A stretch of DNA of 64,000 nt from Patescibacteria group bacterium. Lineage in GTDB: Bacteria; Patescibacteriota; Patescibacteriia; JAHJFT01. The notes below the pieces were generated by a model. That model did not search any database and was not told where the DNA came from. It saw only the letters and a list, made by a program, of their open reading frames with translations. The position numbers were made by a program, and so were the translations under genes. The stretch lies in NCBI GenBank assembly GCA_028710985.1, contig JAQTTB010000001.1:587014-651013 (forward strand), given 5' to 3'. This document shows positions 37,422-46,990 of this stretch, piece by piece; the stretch's first letter is position 1; each line of letters starts with the position of its first letter.

Positions 37422-37992
37422 ATTCGTCGGTTTGTAGTAAATTTACGCGCTCGGCGATTTGACGCAGAGATTTGAGCGCGCGGTGCACTCGCACGGCGAC
37501 CGCGCTCGCGCGGCAGCCCAGGATTACGGCAATTTCGTGATTATCCAATTCTTCAAAGAATTTAAGCGATAACACTTCCTGATATTCGGGCTTGAGCTGG
37601 TCCAGACACTCCCGAAGTTCCTCGCCGGTTTCCAAGAGGCAGACGCTTTCCTGGGGAGAAATCGGACAAGTGTCAGCCACGCGTTCGCGGATAACTTCCG
37701 GATCCATGGCCCATTCTTTCTTTTTCCGGGCGTTGTCAATAATAACGTTGGTGGCAATGCGGTATATCCAGGCTCCAAAGCTGATGCCGCGCTCCTCGTA
37801 GCGTCCCAGGTTCGCGAGCGCCTTAGCGAATGTCTGCGAGGTCAGATCCTCGGCTTCCTGGCGATGTCCGACGCGGTTCATGATGTATCCGAAGATTTTT
37901 GGCAAATAGTAATAGTACAGCTCTTCAAAAGCTTGCATGTTCCTTTTTGCCTGAATGACGAGCAAACGCTCTTTGTTGCGGTCCATAGCCAT
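37408..37992 (-). CDS. ECF (group 4) RNA polymerase sigma factor
   Basis: Regions 2 and 4 (FEELYYYYLPKIFGYIMNRV ... LKFFEELDNHEIAVILGCRASAV). Confidence 0.85.
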   Translation of the reverse strand: MAMDRNKERLLVIQAKRNMQAFEELYYYYLPKIFGYIMNRVGHRQEAEDLTSQTFAKALANLGRYEERGISFGAWIYRIATNVIIDNARKKKEWAMDPEVIRERVADTCPISPQESVCLLETGEELRECLDQLKPEYQEVLSLKFFEELDNHEIAVILGCRASAVAVRVHRALKSLRQIAERVNLLQTDEYAEF

Positions 37993-38039
37993 AAATACAA
38001 CGCAGAATTTACATTATAATTTCAGCAAGAATTAGTCAA

Positions 38040-38070
38040 ATTAAATAAAAAATTTTCCCAGGTCCGGGAA
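38040..38070. terminator. palindromic terminator hairpin
   Basis: aaaattttcccaggtccgggaaaatttt. Confidence 0.45.
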
Positions 38071-38083
38071 AATTTTATTATTA

Positions 38084-38605
38084 TTATTTTCGTTGGTTTT
38101 GTTCAACCATTTTTCGGATTGCCTCGAGCGCCCGAAGCTTCCGGGCGGTTTTATCGGCGCGTTCCTTGGGGCCGTGCGCGTTCTGATAGTCAAAAGATGC
38201 CTGAGTTTCGGATATACAGGTAAGGAGTGGAGAAGCCTCGGGATCGCTAATGTTAATGCTTTTCCAATTGTCATTTTGAATATCTCGGAGAAGCTGCTGC
38301 AGATCTTCGGATTCTTTTTTAAAATCTCGGGCCGCTTCGGCGTCGCTTTGCCGTTCGGCATCAATAACCAGCGTCTGTTTATCATCAATCATTTTTCCAA
38401 GCCATCGTTCCGCCGCTTCAACCGACGCAGTACGAGCTTCTGCGCCGTGTTCGCTCGGCGTCAGACGAAATTTTTTCAGCATCTCTTGTTTAAATTCGTC
38501 AGCGGGCTGGGCGCTGTCACTCGAACCGACGTGGGCGCCGCCTTCTTCAGCCGGCACAAAATCGCTCGGATACGGTTCACTTATTGGCTCATGTTTTTCT
38601 GGCAT
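38084..38605 (-). CDS. hypothetical protein (173 aa) downstream of era
   Basis: ORF; start taken at MPEKHEP because the longer ORF-track version reads through the AT-rich repeat and overlaps era. Confidence 0.45.
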   Translation of the reverse strand: MPEKHEPISEPYPSDFVPAEEGGAHVGSSDSAQPADEFKQEMLKKFRLTPSEHGAEARTASVEAAERWLGKMIDDKQTLVIDAERQSDAEAARDFKKESEDLQQLLRDIQNDNWKSINISDPEASPLLTCISETQASFDYQNAHGPKERADKTARKLRALEAIRKMVEQNQRK

Positions 38606-38606
38606 A

Positions 38607-38700
38607 ATATTTAATTTTGAATTTAAAATTTTGAATTTCGAATTTAGGTTTTTTGATTTTGAAATTAAGAATTCGAAATTCAAAATTCTAAAATGCCTCT
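38607..38700. repeat. Repeat family B: AT-rich degenerate tandem (gaattcgaaatt / aaattcaaaattc units)
   Basis: Similar arrays at 53110-53215 and 54322-54392. Confidence 0.6.
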
Positions 38701-39548
38701 GCCCAATGCTCAGATACTTCAACCTCGAGTTCAAGATAAACTTTTTTTTGCGTAATTGCTTCGATATCGCGCCGCGCCGATTGGCCGATCGATTTTATCA
38801 TGTGGCCGCCCTTTCCAACAATCATTCCCTTGTAACGCGGCGTGTGTGTTAGTATGCGCGCCCTGATATAGAGTACGCCGGTTTCTCGTTCCTCGATTTC
38901 ATCAACCTCAACATTCGTTGAATAAGGAAGCTCCTGATGCAGTCTCATAAAAACTTTTTCACGGATGAGTTCGGCGAACCAGAGTTTATTTTCAACGTTC
39001 GTGAGCTGGTGCTCGGGATAGAATGGTTCACCCTCGGGCAGCACATCCAGAACCTTTTCCATCAGGAGGCCGAGATTCTTGGCATCAATCGCCGAAACCG
39101 AAATCATATCGTTGAAATTTTTTGCAAGCGCTTTATATTCCTCAATGAACGGGGGATTGGGAATATCGGATTTATTTATAACCAAAAATTTAGGTTTATT
39201 TATCGTGTCAACCAAGGCGAGGAGCTCACGTTCTTCCGGGCCGATTGGTTTGGTCGGGTCAATGACATAAATCAGGGCGTCGATATTTCTCATTGATTCG
39301 CGTGCGCGTACATTTAATTTTTTTGTCAAAATATCCTTGCCCTTGTGGAAAATGCCGGGCGTGTCAATAAAAACAATCTGCCCGCGCTTGTGGTGCACGA
39401 TGCCCTGGAGCGCGTGCCGGGTGGTTTGCGGCTTTGGCGTGGTGATGGCGACCTTGGTGCCGACCAGCGCATTTAGAAGCGTTGATTTGCCGACATTTGA
39501 CCGGCCGACGAGAACCACGAAGCCGGATTTTTTATCCGGAATATCCAT
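38688..39548 (-). CDS. era: GTPase Era
   Basis: G1 GRSNVGKST, G3/G4 motifs, C-terminal KH domain. Confidence 0.9.
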   Translation of the reverse strand: MDIPDKKSGFVVLVGRSNVGKSTLLNALVGTKVAITTPKPQTTRHALQGIVHHKRGQIVFIDTPGIFHKGKDILTKKLNVRARESMRNIDALIYVIDPTKPIGPEERELLALVDTINKPKFLVINKSDIPNPPFIEEYKALAKNFNDMISVSAIDAKNLGLLMEKVLDVLPEGEPFYPEHQLTNVENKLWFAELIREKVFMRLHQELPYSTNVEVDEIEERETGVLYIRARILTHTPRYKGMIVGKGGHMIKSIGQSARRDIEAITQKKVYLELEVEVSEHWAEAF

Positions 39549-39650
39549 ATTTCTTATATAAATCTACAATATTTTTAGTGATTTGTCAATGTTTGGTAGG
39601 GAACAAAATCATTGAAAATTGAGCGGTTTTGTGATACAATCTCATAAAAT

Positions 39651-40364
39651 ATGCTAAGCATCATAATCCCAACCTATAACGAAGAACAGCTTCTGCCGCG
39701 TCTGCTCGCTTCCATCAAGGAGCAGGATTATTGCGATTACGAAATAATTGTGGCTGATGCCGCCTCAAGCGATCGTACGCCCGCGATTGCCGCCGAATTC
39801 GGCGCGCGCGTGGTGCCAGGCGGATTGCCGCCGGTGGGACGCAATCGCGGCGCCGCGACGACCACGGGCGAGAAGATTCTGTTTTTGGATGCGGACGTGG
39901 TTTTGCCGCGCCGCGATTTTCTCTCCAGCGCGATCCAGGAGTTCGATTCGCGCGCCCTGGATATCGCCACCTGCCGGGTCGATCCGATAGGCGACAAAAA
40001 AATCGATAAGTTGTTTCATTGGTTTTATAATTTTTACACCGCGTGTCTGGCTTCAATCCGACCGCACGCCCCTGGGTTTTGCATTCTGGTGCGCCGCCAT
40101 CTGCATGAAAAACTGGGCGGTTTTGACGAAGAAATCAAGCTCGCCGAAGACCAGGATTATTCCCAGCGCGCCGCCAAACTCGGACAATTCGGCTTTCTTT
40201 CCGAATATCTGCCGGTTTCCACGCGCCGGTTTGAACGCGACGGCCGGCTCAATGTCATCTTCAAATATGTTATCTGCGAGTTTTATATGATGCTTTTCGG
40301 CGGGCCGAAAAGTGACATATTCAAATATCGCTTCGGCTATCCGAAGGATAAAACATTAAAGTGA
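39651..40364 (+). CDS. family 2 glycosyltransferase
   Basis: LSIIIPTYNEE and DADVVLP motifs. Confidence 0.8.
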   Translation: MLSIIIPTYNEEQLLPRLLASIKEQDYCDYEIIVADAASSDRTPAIAAEFGARVVPGGLPPVGRNRGAATTTGEKILFLDADVVLPRRDFLSSAIQEFDSRALDIATCRVDPIGDKKIDKLFHWFYNFYTACLASIRPHAPGFCILVRRHLHEKLGGFDEEIKLAEDQDYSQRAAKLGQFGFLSEYLPVSTRRFERDGRLNVIFKYVICEFYMMLFGGPKSDIFKYRFGYPKDKTLK

Positions 40365-40430
40365 GTGTGTTTCACAAATATGAAACACGCTCATCCCGAG
40401 TCCCCCGCGGTGCGGGGGCGAGGGATCTCT
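40365..40430 (+). promoter_or_regulatory. Motif D: hairpin plus CTCATCCCGAG-[inner hairpin]-CGAGGGATCTC box
   Basis: gtgtttcacaaatatgaaacacg then ctcatcccgag tcccccgcggtgcggggg cgagggatctc; related copies at 48344, 59017 and 59627. Confidence 0.55.
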
Positions 40431-40503
40431 GATATTCCAAATAAGGAATCCCGCTAAAAAAGTGATATGCGCCTAGAATTATCTAATAGTTTAAATTAAA
40501 AAT

Positions 40504-41679
40504 ATGCGGAGGAAAATTTTTATTTTCGCTTTTGCGATATTGTTTGCCCTTGGCGTCCAGCCGGCGTTTGCTTATACATACGACATTGGTATTCAGCAGG
40601 CCGGCATATTTTTTTCCAAAACCAGGCTCATTGCCGACGATCAGATTCGCATCTATGCGAGAATTCAGAATTACGGTACTACCGACGTGGCCGGCTATGT
40701 CGCGTTTTTCAAGGGAAATGAAAAGATCGGAGACTCGCAGGTCGTGACCGTGCGCGCCGGCGGTTTGGATGACGAAGTTTATGTTGATTTCACCGTGCCG
40801 CGTGGCATGTTTAATATCCGCGCCGAAATCAAGGGCCAGAATCCGGGGGACGAGAATCCGGCAAACGACGTGGAGATAACCACTATGTTGTATCCCGAGA
40901 TTGATGACGACGGCGACGGTATTCCGAACGGCGACGACAATTGCGATAGCGTGGCCAATCCGGATCAGGAAGATACTGATCGTGACGGCTTAGGCGATGT
41001 CTGCGATCCGGATGATGATAATGACGGCGTGCCGGACGATCGGGAGCAGGACGAGGGCACCAACCCCACCGATCCGGATACCGACAATGATGGCTTTGAC
41101 GATTCCGAAGATAGCTATCCACTTGACCCGGCCCGCCACGAGGTTCCGCCGGCCGAAACCGCTGAGTCTAGGCCCGAAGAACAACCCGAATCCCCGGCAA
41201 AAACCGAGGAACAAAGCACTCGGCAGGAAACCATCGCCGAGGATGAGGAGGTTGTAACCCCCGAAGAAACTCTGCCAGTCAAAGAACTTCCATCGCTCGG
41301 TAATCTGCAAATTTCTCCGTATGCTTCATTCAGTTTCTGTCGGCTTACCTGGAACCAGTATGAGTTTCAGGCCCTCGGCGCCATGCGCGAGAATTACACA
41401 TATCACTGGGAGTTTGGCGACGGCGAGAACTCGGATTCGGAAAAGATATCTCACACGTTCGCGAAGAGCGGGGATTACACCGTCTCGCTTGAGGTCACCG
41501 ACCTCGGCGGCAATATCGCGCGCGACGAAGTCTATATCTCAATCAGTTTTTTCAATTTTGACAACTGGAAACTCCGTGCGCTGGTCGGCGGATTTCTGGC
41601 GGCGGTCGTAATAATTCTCATTATTCTCGGCCGGATGGCGCAGAAAAGTCAGGAAAAACACGGAAGCACTAATAAGTAA
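40504..41679 (+). CDS. secreted thrombospondin-type-3 (Ca-binding Asp-rich) repeat protein with C-terminal TM
   Basis: Signal peptide; DDDGDGIPNGDDNCDSVANPDQEDTDRDGLGDVCDPDDDNDGVPDD. Confidence 0.7.
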   Translation: MRRKIFIFAFAILFALGVQPAFAYTYDIGIQQAGIFFSKTRLIADDQIRIYARIQNYGTTDVAGYVAFFKGNEKIGDSQVVTVRAGGLDDEVYVDFTVPRGMFNIRAEIKGQNPGDENPANDVEITTMLYPEIDDDGDGIPNGDDNCDSVANPDQEDTDRDGLGDVCDPDDDNDGVPDDREQDEGTNPTDPDTDNDGFDDSEDSYPLDPARHEVPPAETAESRPEEQPESPAKTEEQSTRQETIAEDEEVVTPEETLPVKELPSLGNLQISPYASFSFCRLTWNQYEFQALGAMRENYTYHWEFGDGENSDSEKISHTFAKSGDYTVSLEVTDLGGNIARDEVYISISFFNFDNWKLRALVGGFLAAVVIILIILGRMAQKSQEKHGSTNK

Positions 41680-41682
41680 ACC

Positions 41683-43314
41683 ATGCGTGAAAAACTGAAA
41701 AATTTCTTTAATGGCAAATCAACCAGCATAATTTCCGCGGCCGTGATTGTCGCGGCTGCTTCTTTCGCAAGCCGGCTCCTCGGCGTGGTGCGCGACCGCA
41801 TTCTCGCCGGCCAGTTCGGCGCCGGCGACGAACTTGATATTTATTACGCTGCGTTCCGCCTGCCCGATCTTGTCTACAGCCTGCTTGTCGCCGGCGCGCT
41901 TTCGGCCGGATTTATTCCCATCTTCGCCGAACTCATTAGCGGCGACAAATCGCAGAAAGCGGCTTGGCGCGTGGCGAACGGTGTCTTGAATATCGTTTTT
42001 TTGGGCACGGCCGCGCTTTGCGCCATTCTTGCTCTGCTCGCGCCTTATATCATTCCGTTTGTCACGCCCGGATTTTCCGGCGAAAAGCTTGAATTCACTA
42101 TTCAACTCTCGCGCATCATGTTTCTCTCGCCGTTATTTTTGGGCCTTGGTGCCGTGTTCGGCGGCATCCTGCAGACGCATAAGCGCTTCATCCTGTATTC
42201 AGTCGCGCCCATATTCTATAATCTGGGCATCATCTTCGGCGCGTTATTTTTAGTGGACCGCTTCGGCTTGGCCGGGCTCGCTTACGGCGTGGCAATTGGC
42301 GCATTTTTGCATTTTGCGGTGCAGATTCCCGGCGCGTACGCGCTCGGCTGGCGCTACTCGCCGGCTCTGCCCCTTGGCGATAAGCATGTCCGGAAAATCG
42401 GCAAAATGATGGTGCCGCGCGTTTTGAGCCTCGCGGTCAACAATATTAATATCATCGTCATCACGGCCATTGCTTCAACCCTTGCGGCCGGCAGCGTGGC
42501 GGTTTTTAATCTCGCGAACAATCTTCAGTATTTTCCGGTCGGCATTATCGGTTTCTCGTTTGCTATTGCCGCGTTTCCGACCATCTCCGAATTCGCGGCA
42601 TCCGAATCCTGGGAAAAATTCAGAAAAGCATTTTCCAATACCGTGCGCGATATTCTTTTTTTCATGATCCCGGCTTCAATCGTCTTCCTTCTGCTCCGCG
42701 CCCAGATCGTGCGCGTCATTCTGGGTTATGGCGAGTTTTCTTGGGAGGATACCATTCTCACCGCCGACGCGCTCGCGTTTTTTGCTTTAAGCCTTTTTGC
42801 GCAGGCAATCGTCCCGCTTTTGGTGCGCATGTTTTTCGCGGTAAAAAATACGGCCACGCCGTTCATTGCCGCCATACTTTCGGCCGCGCTCAATATCGCG
42901 CTCGCGCTCTGGCTCATTGAGCCGCTTGGCGTGGTCGGCCTTGCTCTCGCGTTCACCGCCGCGAGCATCTTTAACGCCGTTTTTCTCTGGGTGGCTTTGC
43001 GTTTCCGGGTCGGATACCTTTTCGAATTTACAATTATCCAGTCTTTGTATAAGATAACCGTTGCGGCGCTTGCCATGGGCCTGGTCATCCAGGTTTCCAA
43101 ATATCTAGTTGAGCCGTTTGTGAACATGCAGACATTCATCGGTATTCTGACGCAGGGCGCGGTCGCCGGCGGGCTCGGGCTTCTGGTCTATTGCCTCGTC
43201 TGCCTGATCCTCCGCAGTCCGGAAATGCTGAATTTTAAAGCCTCTCTGCAGAGAAAATTATTTAAAAAATATTACAAACCCCAGGAGAGCCTGGAAGGAG
43301 CAGATAAACTGTGA
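41683..43314 (+). CDS. murJ: lipid II flippase MurJ
   Basis: MviN/MurJ N-terminus and 14-TM topology. Confidence 0.85.
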   Translation: MREKLKNFFNGKSTSIISAAVIVAAASFASRLLGVVRDRILAGQFGAGDELDIYYAAFRLPDLVYSLLVAGALSAGFIPIFAELISGDKSQKAAWRVANGVLNIVFLGTAALCAILALLAPYIIPFVTPGFSGEKLEFTIQLSRIMFLSPLFLGLGAVFGGILQTHKRFILYSVAPIFYNLGIIFGALFLVDRFGLAGLAYGVAIGAFLHFAVQIPGAYALGWRYSPALPLGDKHVRKIGKMMVPRVLSLAVNNINIIVITAIASTLAAGSVAVFNLANNLQYFPVGIIGFSFAIAAFPTISEFAASESWEKFRKAFSNTVRDILFFMIPASIVFLLLRAQIVRVILGYGEFSWEDTILTADALAFFALSLFAQAIVPLLVRMFFAVKNTATPFIAAILSAALNIALALWLIEPLGVVGLALAFTAASIFNAVFLWVALRFRVGYLFEFTIIQSLYKITVAALAMGLVIQVSKYLVEPFVNMQTFIGILTQGAVAGGLGLLVYCLVCLILRSPEMLNFKASLQRKLFKKYYKPQESLEGADKL

Positions 43315-43373
43315 ACAACCTCCGCAACTTTTGCATCATCGCGCACATTGACCACGGCCTGCCTTCGGCAGGC
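43311..43373 (+). repeat. 47-nt duplicate of the lepA 5' end (GTG-start variant) followed by hairpin gcctgccttcggcaggc
   Basis: 41/47 identity to lepA 43402-43448; five of the six differences are synonymous third positions and the sixth changes ATG to GTG; overlaps the murJ stop codon. Confidence 0.7.
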
Positions 43374-43401
43374 GAGAGTGCCCTAATCAACGTTTAATCA
43401 C

Positions 43402-45171
43402 ATGAACAATCTCCGCAACTTTTGCATCATTGCCCATATCGACCACGGTAAGTCCACGCTGGCTGACCGTTTTTTAGAATTAACAGGCACGGTTGATAAA
43501 AGAAAAATGAAAGAGCAGATTCTGGACAGCATGGATCTTGAGCGCGAAAAGGGGATCACCATCAAACTCCAGCCCGTGCGCATGGAATACGAGGGATATA
43601 TTTTAAATCTGATTGACACTCCCGGGCATGTTGATTTTAATTACGAAGTTTCGCGGTCATTGGCCGCGGTTGAGGGCGCGATTCTCTTGGTTGACGCGAC
43701 CCAGGGCGTGCAGGCGCAGACACTCGGCAATCTGTATATGGCCCTGGAGCAGAATCTCGCCATCATTCCGGTATTGAATAAAATTGATCTGCAAAATGCC
43801 GATGTCGAACGCTGCCGCGAGGAGCTCGTGAAACTCATCGGCTGTAAGCGCGAAGAGATTTTTGAAGTTTCGGCCAAGACCGGCAAAAATGTTGAACAAG
43901 TACTCCGGGCTGTGATTCGCGAAGTTCCGCCCCCGTTCGGCGAGGCGTCCGCTCCCCTCCAAGCTTTAATTTTCGATTCCGACTACGATGAATATAAAGG
44001 CGTTGTCGCCGACGTGCGTTTGAAAAACGGGGAGCTGTATCCCGGTGACCGCATCCGGCTCGTCGGCACCGCCGCGCCGACCGAAGCGCTTGAAGTCGGA
44101 TATTTCCGGCCCCAGCTTGTGAAATCCGCCAAACTCGCGGCCGGCGACATCGGTTACATCGTCACGAGCCTTCGGACGATCAAGGATTGCCGCGTCGGCG
44201 ATACCATCACCCTGGAAAGCAATCCGGCGGCGCTTCTGCCCGGATACAAAGAGGTCAGGCCCATGGTTTATGCCGGCATTTTTCCGCGCGACGGCGCCGA
44301 GTACGCCCGCCTGCGCGAGGCCATGGACAAGTTAAAATTAAATGACGCGGCCCTCGCTTTTGAACCCGAACGCTCGCAGGCGCTCGGCTTCGGCTTCCGT
44401 TGCGGGCTCCTCGGCATGCTTCATCTTGAAATCGTGCAAGAGCGGCTCCGGCGCGAATACAATCTGGATCTCGTGGTCACCATTCCGTCGGTGGCTTACA
44501 AAATATTTGACACCAAGGGAGAAGAGATTACCATCAAGTCCGCGCAGGAGATGCCCGACCCGTCGCGCGTTGAGCATATCGAAGAGCCGTGGGTGAGCGT
44601 GGACATCGTTACCCCCAAAGAGTTTGTCGGCAATATCATGTCGCTCGTCTCCGAACGCCGCGGCATTTACAAAAACACCGAATATCTGGATCCGAGCCGC
44701 ACGATTATGCATTATGACATTCCGCTCGCCGCCGTGATTGTTGATTTTTACGATAAACTTAAGAGCGCGTCATCCGGATACGCTTCGTTAAATTACGAAT
44801 TCATCGGCTATCGCCAGGCCAAGATAATCAAGCTCACGATCCTGGTGGCCGAAGAAACGGTTGAAGCCCTGTCCATGCTTGTGCCCGAAGATGAAGCCTA
44901 CCGCGAAGGCAAGCGCATCGTCACCCTGCTCAAAGAAAGCCTGCCGCGCCAGCAGTTTGTCATCAAAATTCAGGCCGCGATCGGCGGCAAGATTATCGCC
45001 GCCGAGCGGCTTTCCGCCTTCCGCAAGGATGTCATCGCCAAACTCTACGGCGGGGACGTCACGCGCAAAAACAAACTTCTGGAAAAACAGAAAAAGGGAA
45101 AGAAAAAAATGATGTCCCGCGGCCACGTGGAAATCCCGACTGAAACATTTTTGAAAGTACTTAAAAGATAA
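43402..45171 (+). CDS. lepA: elongation factor 4
   Basis: NFCIIAHIDHGKSTLADR G-domain and LepA C-terminal domain. Confidence 0.92.
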   Translation: MNNLRNFCIIAHIDHGKSTLADRFLELTGTVDKRKMKEQILDSMDLEREKGITIKLQPVRMEYEGYILNLIDTPGHVDFNYEVSRSLAAVEGAILLVDATQGVQAQTLGNLYMALEQNLAIIPVLNKIDLQNADVERCREELVKLIGCKREEIFEVSAKTGKNVEQVLRAVIREVPPPFGEASAPLQALIFDSDYDEYKGVVADVRLKNGELYPGDRIRLVGTAAPTEALEVGYFRPQLVKSAKLAAGDIGYIVTSLRTIKDCRVGDTITLESNPAALLPGYKEVRPMVYAGIFPRDGAEYARLREAMDKLKLNDAALAFEPERSQALGFGFRCGLLGMLHLEIVQERLRREYNLDLVVTIPSVAYKIFDTKGEEITIKSAQEMPDPSRVEHIEEPWVSVDIVTPKEFVGNIMSLVSERRGIYKNTEYLDPSRTIMHYDIPLAAVIVDFYDKLKSASSGYASLNYEFIGYRQAKIIKLTILVAEETVEALSMLVPEDEAYREGKRIVTLLKESLPRQQFVIKIQAAIGGKIIAAERLSAFRKDVIAKLYGGDVTRKNKLLEKQKKGKKKMMSRGHVEIPTETFLKVLKR

Positions 45172-45183
45172 ATTTTTTTAATT

Positions 45184-45873
45184 ATGCCATTAAATATAAG
45201 CTATAGTGCAGAATTTGAAAAACGAAGAATAAAAAACACGATTAAAAAATTGTCTTGGTATAAAAAATTAGGGTACTCGCCCTGTTTCCCGAAAAATATT
45301 AATCCCCAAAATGATAATTTAAAAAAAATATACGCCGCTTTTAAAAATGAATACGACGAGGCAGATTATAAAAGAGCCGCTAGGGAGATTAACGAAAAAT
45401 TTTCTAAAATTGAAAGTACTTTTTACGATAAGCTAGAGAAAATATGCGGTAAAAAAATCAAAAGAAATTTTAAATTGATACTTACTAAATATGGCGTTGG
45501 CGGTTCTTATTCATCGCCAAATACAATAATATTCAACATTAAATGGAAGTTTTCAAACTCGGTTAATATAGTTTTGCATGAAATTACGCACCTAGTAATT
45601 GAACCGCACATAAAAAAATATCAAGTTCAACATAATGAAAAAGAACGGATAGTCGATTTGATTTTGACATCAAAGCCCATTGGATTGAAAAATTATAAAA
45701 TGCAACAAAGAGGAGAAGAATATAAGAAATTTTTTGACCCGCTATTTAAAAAATATTTTAAACCGCCCATAGGCAGTTTTTTTAAAAAATTAGCACGACT
45801 ACACAGAAATCCTTCCCTGCCCCTCCCTCCTGCCTGCCGACAGGCAGGTTATAAAGGGAGGGGACCGGAATAG
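45184..45873 (+). CDS. AT-rich hypothetical protein with HEITH (HExxH) motif; 3' end runs into GC-rich hairpins
   Basis: ~30% GC ORF against a ~52% background; LHEITHLV; the C-terminal ~20 codons coincide with palindromes cctgcctgccgacaggcagg and cccctcctt...aaggagggg. Confidence 0.45.
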   Translation: MPLNISYSAEFEKRRIKNTIKKLSWYKKLGYSPCFPKNINPQNDNLKKIYAAFKNEYDEADYKRAAREINEKFSKIESTFYDKLEKICGKKIKRNFKLILTKYGVGGSYSSPNTIIFNIKWKFSNSVNIVLHEITHLVIEPHIKKYQVQHNEKERIVDLILTSKPIGLKNYKMQQRGEEYKKFFDPLFKKYFKPPIGSFFKKLARLHRNPSLPLPPACRQAGYKGRGPE

Positions 45874-45953
45874 CACGGCCGCAGTATCTTGTTCCCCTCC
45901 TTAATAAAGGAGGGGAAAGGGGAGGATTTTACAAGTGGATTTTAGAACAGCGC

Positions 45954-46317
45954 ATGAAATATTATCCGACCTACAATTCAAAATTAAAACCAACGGCACG
46001 CGTTTTGCGGAACAGTATGACTCCCGCGGAAATACTTCTCTGGTCAGGGTTGAAAGCCAAGCAATTCTGCGGATTGCAATTTTACCGGCAGCGTCCGCTC
46101 GGCAATTATATTGTTGATTTTTATTGCCCCGCCAAAAAGCTCGTGATTGAAGTTGATGGCGGGCATCATTGTTATGATGACAAGCAGGTCGCGAACGACA
46201 AAAAGAGACGCTTATCTTAAAAAAGTTTTTAAATTAAAAATATTGCGATTTAATAATGTTGATATCTTGAATAGCATTGACGAAGTGCTCGAGAGAATTG
46301 CGGAACAAATATATTGA
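45954..46317 (+). pseudogene. DUF559 (Vsr-like endonuclease domain) gene with a frameshift in an A-run
   Basis: Frame 1 (45954-46220) gives LLWSGLKAKQFCGLQFYRQRPLGNYIVDFYCPAKKLVIEVDGGHH...DKKRRLS*; the conserved C-terminus LKKVFKLKILRFNNVDILNSIDEVLERI continues in the +1 frame to 46317; the shift falls in ttaaaaaag near 46215. Confidence 0.6.
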
Positions 46318-46340
46318 TATATTTAGCAAAATAATATAAT
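46313..46340 (+). promoter_or_regulatory. promoter-like element (TTGATA-15-TATAAT) for the 46407 gene
   Basis: ttgata tatttagcaaaataa tataat; the spacer is a bit short. Confidence 0.35.
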
Positions 46341-46406
46341 GTAACTTTACATCGCAGACGATTTATACTTCACGGTTATCTAGCCGTGAGAAAAAAGGAG
46401 GAGGCC

Positions 46407-46859
46407 ATGGAGCAGGATCAGCGCGATAAGTATTTGGCTGCGGTTGACCGGTTCAAGCCGCACCTAGTTGACTGGAGCAGGCGCATCCGTGTACTCGCGG
46501 CCGACGAGGAGGCGCGCGGCAAGGCCGAATACGAGCGCGTTATGAGCGAGGGAGAAACCCGGCCCGGTGATGGAATCATAGCCGAGGTTTGGCCCTATGC
46601 CAGACTCAAAACTAATCACGAGTTCATGGTGCGCGAAAGCGAGCTCAGTATCTTCGGCAAGGAGGACAGCTGGCGCCGGCCGTGGAGCGACGTCGAGGAA
46701 GACGGGCGCAATGCGTTCTTCAAGCTCTTTCTCGGGCATGTGCCCATGTGCCACTTCCGTGGGTCAAGCGATGCCGCCATGCCTGACTTCCGCGTCCTGC
46801 TCATCGGCCTCCTGGAGGATGATGCCAAATTCATCCAAGTGCTGGAGGGGAGGAGCTAG
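46407..46859 (+). CDS. hypothetical protein (150 aa), ORFan cassette 1 of the lepA-recJ island
   Basis: AGGAGG 6 nt upstream of ATG; ~60% GC; own terminator at 46888-46922. Confidence 0.5.
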   Translation: MEQDQRDKYLAAVDRFKPHLVDWSRRIRVLAADEEARGKAEYERVMSEGETRPGDGIIAEVWPYARLKTNHEFMVRESELSIFGKEDSWRRPWSDVEEDGRNAFFKLFLGHVPMCHFRGSSDAAMPDFRVLLIGLLEDDAKFIQVLEGRS

Positions 46860-46887
46860 CCTCACGCGGCTCAAGACATCCTAACTC

Positions 46888-46922
46888 GACCCATTTGCCA
46901 AGAGCAAGTGGGTCTTTTTTTT
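46888..46922 (+). terminator. rho-independent terminator
   Basis: gacccatttgccaagagcaagtgggtc + T9. Confidence 0.65.
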
Positions 46923-46938
46923 ATGAAAAGGCGAGCGG

Positions 46939-46967
46939 TTGACAAAATATCACATTTATGATATTAT
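46939..46967 (+). promoter_or_regulatory. textbook sigma70 promoter (TTGACA-17-TATTAT)
   Basis: ttgaca aaatatcacatttatga tattat. Confidence 0.55.
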
Positions 46968-46990
46968 AGTCAGTTTTAAAGGAGGATAAG

